A stretch of 64,000 nucleotides of DNA, taken from positions 23,462 through 87,461 of the IMG/VR virus record IMGVR_UViG_3300025133_009669. One strand, written 5' to 3'. The notes under the pieces were generated by a model. That model did no database searches. It had not been told where the DNA came from and was given only the letters and a program-made list of their open reading frames with translations. Below, piece by piece: positions 59,902-64,000 of the stretch (within the stretch, counting starts at the first letter, position 1; every line of letters begins with the position of its first letter). The position numbers and the translations under genes were made by a program. Origin of the DNA: a virus.

Positions 59902-60129
59902 ATGGCAAAGCGTAATGTTGATGATGCGGTTGAGGCGTTTCTTAATGGCGGAGGAAAGGTGGTTCGCCTTCAGTATGCTTCGGAAAAGGAAGTGAGGAAG
60001 GCAAGTCGAGTGTCTTTTCACAAGGACCGAGCCACTACGGGTTCTGAGGCTTCTAAGCAGTTTCTCAAGAGGCGGGAAGACAAAGAGGCGTCTCTTATCT
60101 TTTCTCGCGAAGACCGTTGGAAGCGATAA
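59902..60129 (+). CDS. Small protein with SutA-like motif
   Basis: AVEAFLNGGGKVVRL resembles the SutA EEFLxRGGKV segment. Confidence 0.55.
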   Translation: MAKRNVDDAVEAFLNGGGKVVRLQYASEKEVRKASRVSFHKDRATTGSEASKQFLKRREDKEASLIFSREDRWKR

Positions 60130-60165
60130 CGTAAGCGTGCGCGTGTTTACATAAGGAGTCTCAAA

Positions 60166-60669
60166 ATGATTAAGTACGAAGTTCATGTTTATCCCAATGG
60201 AACTAAGCATTGGCATCTCAATGGAAAGCTTCACCGAGAAGATGGTCCCGCTATTGAGTATCCCGATGGAACCAAAGAGTGGCGTCTCAATGGAAAGCTT
60301 CACCGAGAAGATGGTCCCGCTTATGAGGGTTCCAATGGAACCAAAGAGTGGTATCTCAATGGAAAGCTTCACCGAGAAGATGGTCCCGCCATTGAGTATA
60401 CCAGCGGAACTAAGAAGTGGCTCCGGAATGGAAGACTTCACCGAGAAGATGGTCCTGCTATTGAGGATGCCAATGGAACCAAAGAGTGGTTCCTCAATGG
60501 AAAGTGTCACCGAGAAGATGGTCCCGCTATTGAGTATTCCAATGGACATAAGGAGTGGCATCTCAATGGAGAGGAATTGACCGAAGCAGAGTTTCGTGCA
60601 AAGCAGAATAGCTGCGAAGGCAAGGTCATTGAAGTCGATGGAAAGAAGTATCGCCTTTCGGCGGTTTAA
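60166..60669 (+). CDS. 23-aa tandem repeat protein (NGKLHREDGPAIE...GTKEW)
   Basis: Five full 69-bp repeats from ~60220; AGGAG RBS. Confidence 0.9.
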   Translation: MIKYEVHVYPNGTKHWHLNGKLHREDGPAIEYPDGTKEWRLNGKLHREDGPAYEGSNGTKEWYLNGKLHREDGPAIEYTSGTKKWLRNGRLHREDGPAIEDANGTKEWFLNGKCHREDGPAIEYSNGHKEWHLNGEELTEAEFRAKQNSCEGKVIEVDGKKYRLSAV

Positions 60670-61166
60670 GGAGAGAGAAGATGAGTAAAATTGATATTAT
60701 TTCAGCGTGCTTGGTGCTTTTGATTGCCTTTTTCGCCTGGGCCATCTCTTTGAATGAGGTGAAAAACCTTCAGCTCAAGAAGATCGCAAGAGATTGCGAG
60801 TCCACACAGGCATTTCGAATCGGAGATTCCGTTTATGACTGCACTTTGCGAAAAGAAGACTAATCTTTAAGAAGAGACCTCCAGAGGCCCCGGGGCTTCT
60901 TTCCTATTTTCCGATAATATCTTCGCCAAATTTTCTTTTCTTGGACAATCATTGGCACGAAGATAATCATGTGAGCCAGAACTCCGTAAAGAAGAAATGC
61001 AGCTAAGGTTCTCTGGTGTAGAATTACAGAAACAATTTCGTTGTTAACCAAATAAAGGCCGACGAATGCTTCCAGCGAAACAAGCACCATAGAAATGAAT
61101 AAAGCTTGAAGAAAAGTTCTTGTCAAGAGTTTGCCCGATATTAATATCGTACTACGGAGGGTTCCG

Positions 61167-61712
61167 ATGAAAGTTATTTTTCTTGATAATGATGGAGTCA
61201 TCTGTTTGCGTAGCAATTGGGGTTCTCGATTTAAGAAGCAAAAGAAGTACAAGGGCGACCTATCGGGGAGAGAGCGTCCTTTTGAAGTCCGAGCTGATAA
61301 CTTTGACAGAAAGGCCGTCAGGGTTCTGAATGAAATCCTAGAAGAAACCGGAGCAGAGATTATTATCTCCTCGGATTGGAGGAGACTTGGATCTCTTGAG
61401 GAGTTGCAAGAATATTATTTGACCCAGGGGATTGTCAAGGCTCCGGTTGGCTTGACGAAGATCTTTTCTAAGGTAAAGATTCCGGATCATTTCCCGTGGA
61501 ATAGAGGGTACTCGTCCGAACAAGAGCGTAGTTTGGAAATTTTGGACTGGCTATCTGATCACCCGGAGATTACACAGTGGGTTGCCGTGGATGATCTTGA
61601 TATGTCTACAAGAAATGGCTGGGGACTGAGCAATTTTGTTCATACTCCAATCGATACAGAGGGAATTAAGCAGACAGGAGTCAAGAAAAAAATTCTTGAC
61701 TCCCTAATTTAG
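61167..61712 (+). CDS. HAD-family phosphatase of the RNA-repair (Swiss-army-knife) type
   Basis: KVIFLDNDGVI, IIISSDWR, R..EILDWL, WVAVDD. Confidence 0.8.
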   Translation: MKVIFLDNDGVICLRSNWGSRFKKQKKYKGDLSGRERPFEVRADNFDRKAVRVLNEILEETGAEIIISSDWRRLGSLEELQEYYLTQGIVKAPVGLTKIFSKVKIPDHFPWNRGYSSEQERSLEILDWLSDHPEITQWVAVDDLDMSTRNGWGLSNFVHTPIDTEGIKQTGVKKKILDSLI

Positions 61713-61869
61713 GAGACGTGATGAAAGAAGAAGATTATGCCCTCCCTGTTCTCATTGGATTGATTGCACTAATCGCCTTGTTGGCCTCGGCTTGCTAGGC
61801 GGGCAAAAAATTCACACTTATATTACAGAAAGAAAAGGTTGCTCAAAACCCCTTCTTTCAGATTACTGT

Positions 61870-62109
61870 TTAGCCAGGAAGCTCTAGGAAGGCATCTCCT
61901 GCAACTTGCAGGGCAAGACCAACGTGACAGGAGGTAGTGTGAGACTTGAAAACACCAGTTGAAGTATAATCATAGACTCGGCTCAAGCCATGCTTTCTTT
62001 CGGCAATCTTTAGCCTATATGAAAAGAGCCTTTCTCCATCGGTTGAAAGGCTCTTGTTTTCGGCGGAGATTCCGCTGAGCCATGCCTTAACTACTTCTTC
62101 ATTTCGCAT
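61870..62109 (-). CDS. Hypothetical protein
   Basis: Downstream of the - strand conserved element at 62126-62146 with AGGAG RBS; LSTDGERLFSY...SHTTSCHV. Confidence 0.75.
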   Translation of the reverse strand: MRNEEVVKAWLSGISAENKSLSTDGERLFSYRLKIAERKHGLSRVYDYTSTGVFKSHTTSCHVGLALQVAGDAFLELPG

Positions 62110-62278
62110 TGAACGCTCCTTTGCCTAGATATAGTGGAGGACCGTTTTGCCGTGATTTTTTTGAGCTTGGGCTGCGGGCAAAAAATTTACGATTATTAAG
62201 AAAAAAGGTAATCCACTTTAGCCCTCCACTATATCAAGGTGGAGAAAGCAAACGGACACCAGAAGACCGGGAGAAGGC

Positions 62279-63742
62279 ATGGGCAAAGCCGCTACAGCCG
62301 AGCTGGAAAAAAGGGCTTATGCCCTCTTGGAAGAAGGCGTTGTAATGAAAGTGAGCTACCGCCCAACTGAACAAGAAGTTGCCCCACATCTGAGTGAAAT
62401 TATTGAGGTCCTTTCTGAGAAGATTCCCGAACTTAGTTCGGCAATTATCCAGAGGAATCTTTCTGGAGAATGGAGAGAGGAGCATATCTCTGAGTTGAAT
62501 AATATTCAGTGGGAGCTTATGCAAATACACGCGCGATTGAAGCGAATGGAAGAGGTTACTTGGTAATGTCTTGGGAATATTCTTATCTAAAAGATTTTGT
62601 TGACAAGGATGCTTTCTACTCGATGCCTGAAGAAACAACCCACATTATCTGGTTTAATAAGTGAGTGGAGAGAAAATGACTGATACGCCACGTTTTTTGA
62701 CCCCCAAGACCGCTTATCGCTTTCAGGACTTTTGGGTTGGAAGCGAAACCACTTACCGAGAGGTGAACCCAGAGGGAGGATATTTCTCTGAGGCGATCCA
62801 TACGGCTTACGTTGGCACTCCCGAAGACCAGGGGTTTGTGGACGTATACGCATCGAATCACCCTGTGGCTTTGAAGTGGTGCAAGGACGTTTTCAGGAAG
62901 AGGAAGGAATCTCTTCTTGAAGAGCTAAACGCCGTCGAAGACAAGCTTAGAGGTTACAATGGGGACTAGCAGCACAGGAGACTCCGAGGTTTCTTTTGAG
63001 TTTCTAAGCTCACTTATTCAGCTTTCAGACATTCCAGAAGATGAATGGATTGGAAAGACCGTATATCATCCTATGGGTGGGCAAATGGGCGATATTCCTA
63101 TTTGGCGTTTTAACGAAATGTCAGATGTCTGTAAGCAAATTGAAAGAGAATTTGAAGACCCGAATTTTCCGATTGAGCCTTACAAGGTAATTTATGATGT
63201 TGGAGTCGTTCATCGAGTTACAGATGGTGACCCACCTCCATATAATTTTGGAAAAGAAGTTTTCTTCGGAACAGACGGACCGGAAGGGTTTTGTCTTCAC
63301 TATAACCCGGATAACCTTTGGATTGAAATTGGGAATTAGCAGCACAGGAATTCTCTATTGGGGGCTTGATTTCGGGGAAGATCGTCCTTGGATTAACGAA
63401 GAAACCCCATATGAGGAGGATGAATTTGATCCAGGTGATGCTGTTTGGATGGCGAATGGGGCAAGTCAATCTGACTCATATGAAATTCGGAGAGAAGCAG
63501 AGAAGGATATGGGGGTAGAATTTGTAATTCATTGCTCTTATGACTATTCTATGTGGGGGCTTGGCGTTTCTGAGTCAATTCTTCGAGCCTATCGAGGAAA
63601 TCCCATTTCAATCAAAGAGCTTGTCGTTAAGCCTGAATGGGAAGTGATGCTGTGGATTGCGAGGGAAAAGCTTGCGAAAACTTTTGACGACTCCTTTCTA
63701 AAAGGTGGGCCTACTTGGCATCTGACTAGTGTTTATGGATAG
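62279..63742 (+). CDS. Run of small hypothetical genes (62279-62566, ~62676-62969, 62959-63339, ~63329-63742)
   Basis: Co-oriented overlapping ORFs downstream of a degenerate element at 62221. Confidence 0.6.
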
Positions 63743-63750
63743 GATTCAAA

Positions 63751-64000
63751 ATGATTAAGTACGAAGTTCATGTTTATTCCAATGGAACCAAAGAGTGGCA
63801 CCTCAATGGAAAGCTTCACCGAGAAGATGGTCCTGCTATTGAGTGGGCCAATGGAACCAAGTATTGGTATCTTAATGGAAAGCGACACCGAGAAGATGGT
63901 CCTGCTATTGAGGATGCCAATGGAACTAAGTATTGGTATCTCAATGGAAAGTATCACCGAGAAGATGGCCCCGCTTATGAGGGTTCCAATGGAACCAAAG
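63751..64000 (+). CDS. Second 23-aa tandem repeat protein, 3'-truncated; paralog of 60166-60669
   Basis: MIKYEVHVYSNGTKEWHLNGKLHREDGPAIEWANGTKYWYL...; first 27 nt identical to the paralog. Confidence 0.9.
   Translation, partial: MIKYEVHVYSNGTKEWHLNGKLHREDGPAIEWANGTKYWYLNGKRHREDGPAIEDANGTKYWYLNGKYHREDGPAYEGSNGTK

Larger units (their letters stand above)
48543..62146. promoter_or_regulatory. Dispersed conserved upstream element AACRGTCCTCCACTATATCTA(R)GCGTAAGA, putative phage promoter
   Basis: + copies at 48543, 49776, 50595, 52164, 53364, 55149, 56123, 56197, 56998, 57603; - copies at 51943-51963, 55806-55826, 62126-62146; degenerate at ~59551 and ~62221; nearly all just upstream of an RBS and ATG. 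Confidence 0.85.

Noticed and set aside
59875-60580. Repeat ORFs 59875-60561(-), 60185-60580(+) and 63733-63957(-)
   Set aside because: Alternative frames of the 69-bp repeat; the frame starting at 60166 has the RBS and a matching paralog
48543-62146. Conserved repeats read as a CRISPR array
   Set aside because: Spacing is hundreds to thousands of bp, both orientations occur, intervals contain genes, and no cas genes are visible
48543-62146. Integron cassette array (attC sites)
   Set aside because: The repeats are upstream of genes, lack the RYYYAAC...GTTRRRY imperfect-palindrome structure, and no integrase is in the window; recombinational shuffling by another route remains possible
60166-64000. 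Diversity-generating retroelement TR/VR pair
   Set aside because: Many adenines, including synonymous third positions (gga, cga, gaa), are invariant; both copies are ORFs with starts; no reverse transcriptase is seen
1-64000. Stop-codon reassignment, tRNA or rRNA genes
   Set aside because: Conserved genes are intact in the standard code and end in TAA, TAG and TGA; I saw no convincing tRNA or rRNA by eye (tRNAscan-SE would be needed to exclude them)

Overview
This window looks like 64 kb of a large (jumbo-type) dsDNA bacteriophage genome: dense, mostly + strand genes, several inteins and free-standing endonucleases, and no rRNA, tRNA or housekeeping synteny that I could see. 1-47.7 kb is AT-rich. 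It encodes replication and nucleotide genes (intein-containing SF2 helicase, DnaC-like loader, DnaB, class II ribonucleotide reductase split in two by a natural split intein, dUTPase, intein-containing TopA). It also carries a host-like prkA-yeaH-spoVR operon followed by a stand-alone diadenylate cyclase domain, PIN-PhoH, cell-wall hydrolases, S1 proteases, peptide deformylase, RNA-repair enzymes and many small hypothetical genes. After an A-rich non-coding junction with 74-bp tandem repeats (~47.8-48.4 kb) the architecture changes abruptly. From ~48.5 to 62.3 kb short, often very GC-rich genes sit in modular cassettes. Each cassette starts with a conserved ~21-40 bp element (AACRGTCCTCCACTATATCTA; 13 clear copies), usually ends in a terminator and is bracketed by a GGGCAAAA-NN-TTGACA-like 16-mer. 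The spacers are packed with sigma54 (-24/-12) consensus sites on both strands. This cassette plus sigma54-site array is the most unusual structure in the window; one cassette appears to express a non-coding RNA. The window ends in paralogous 23-aa tandem-repeat proteins with hypervariable positions. All assignments come from reading motifs by eye; no database searches were run.
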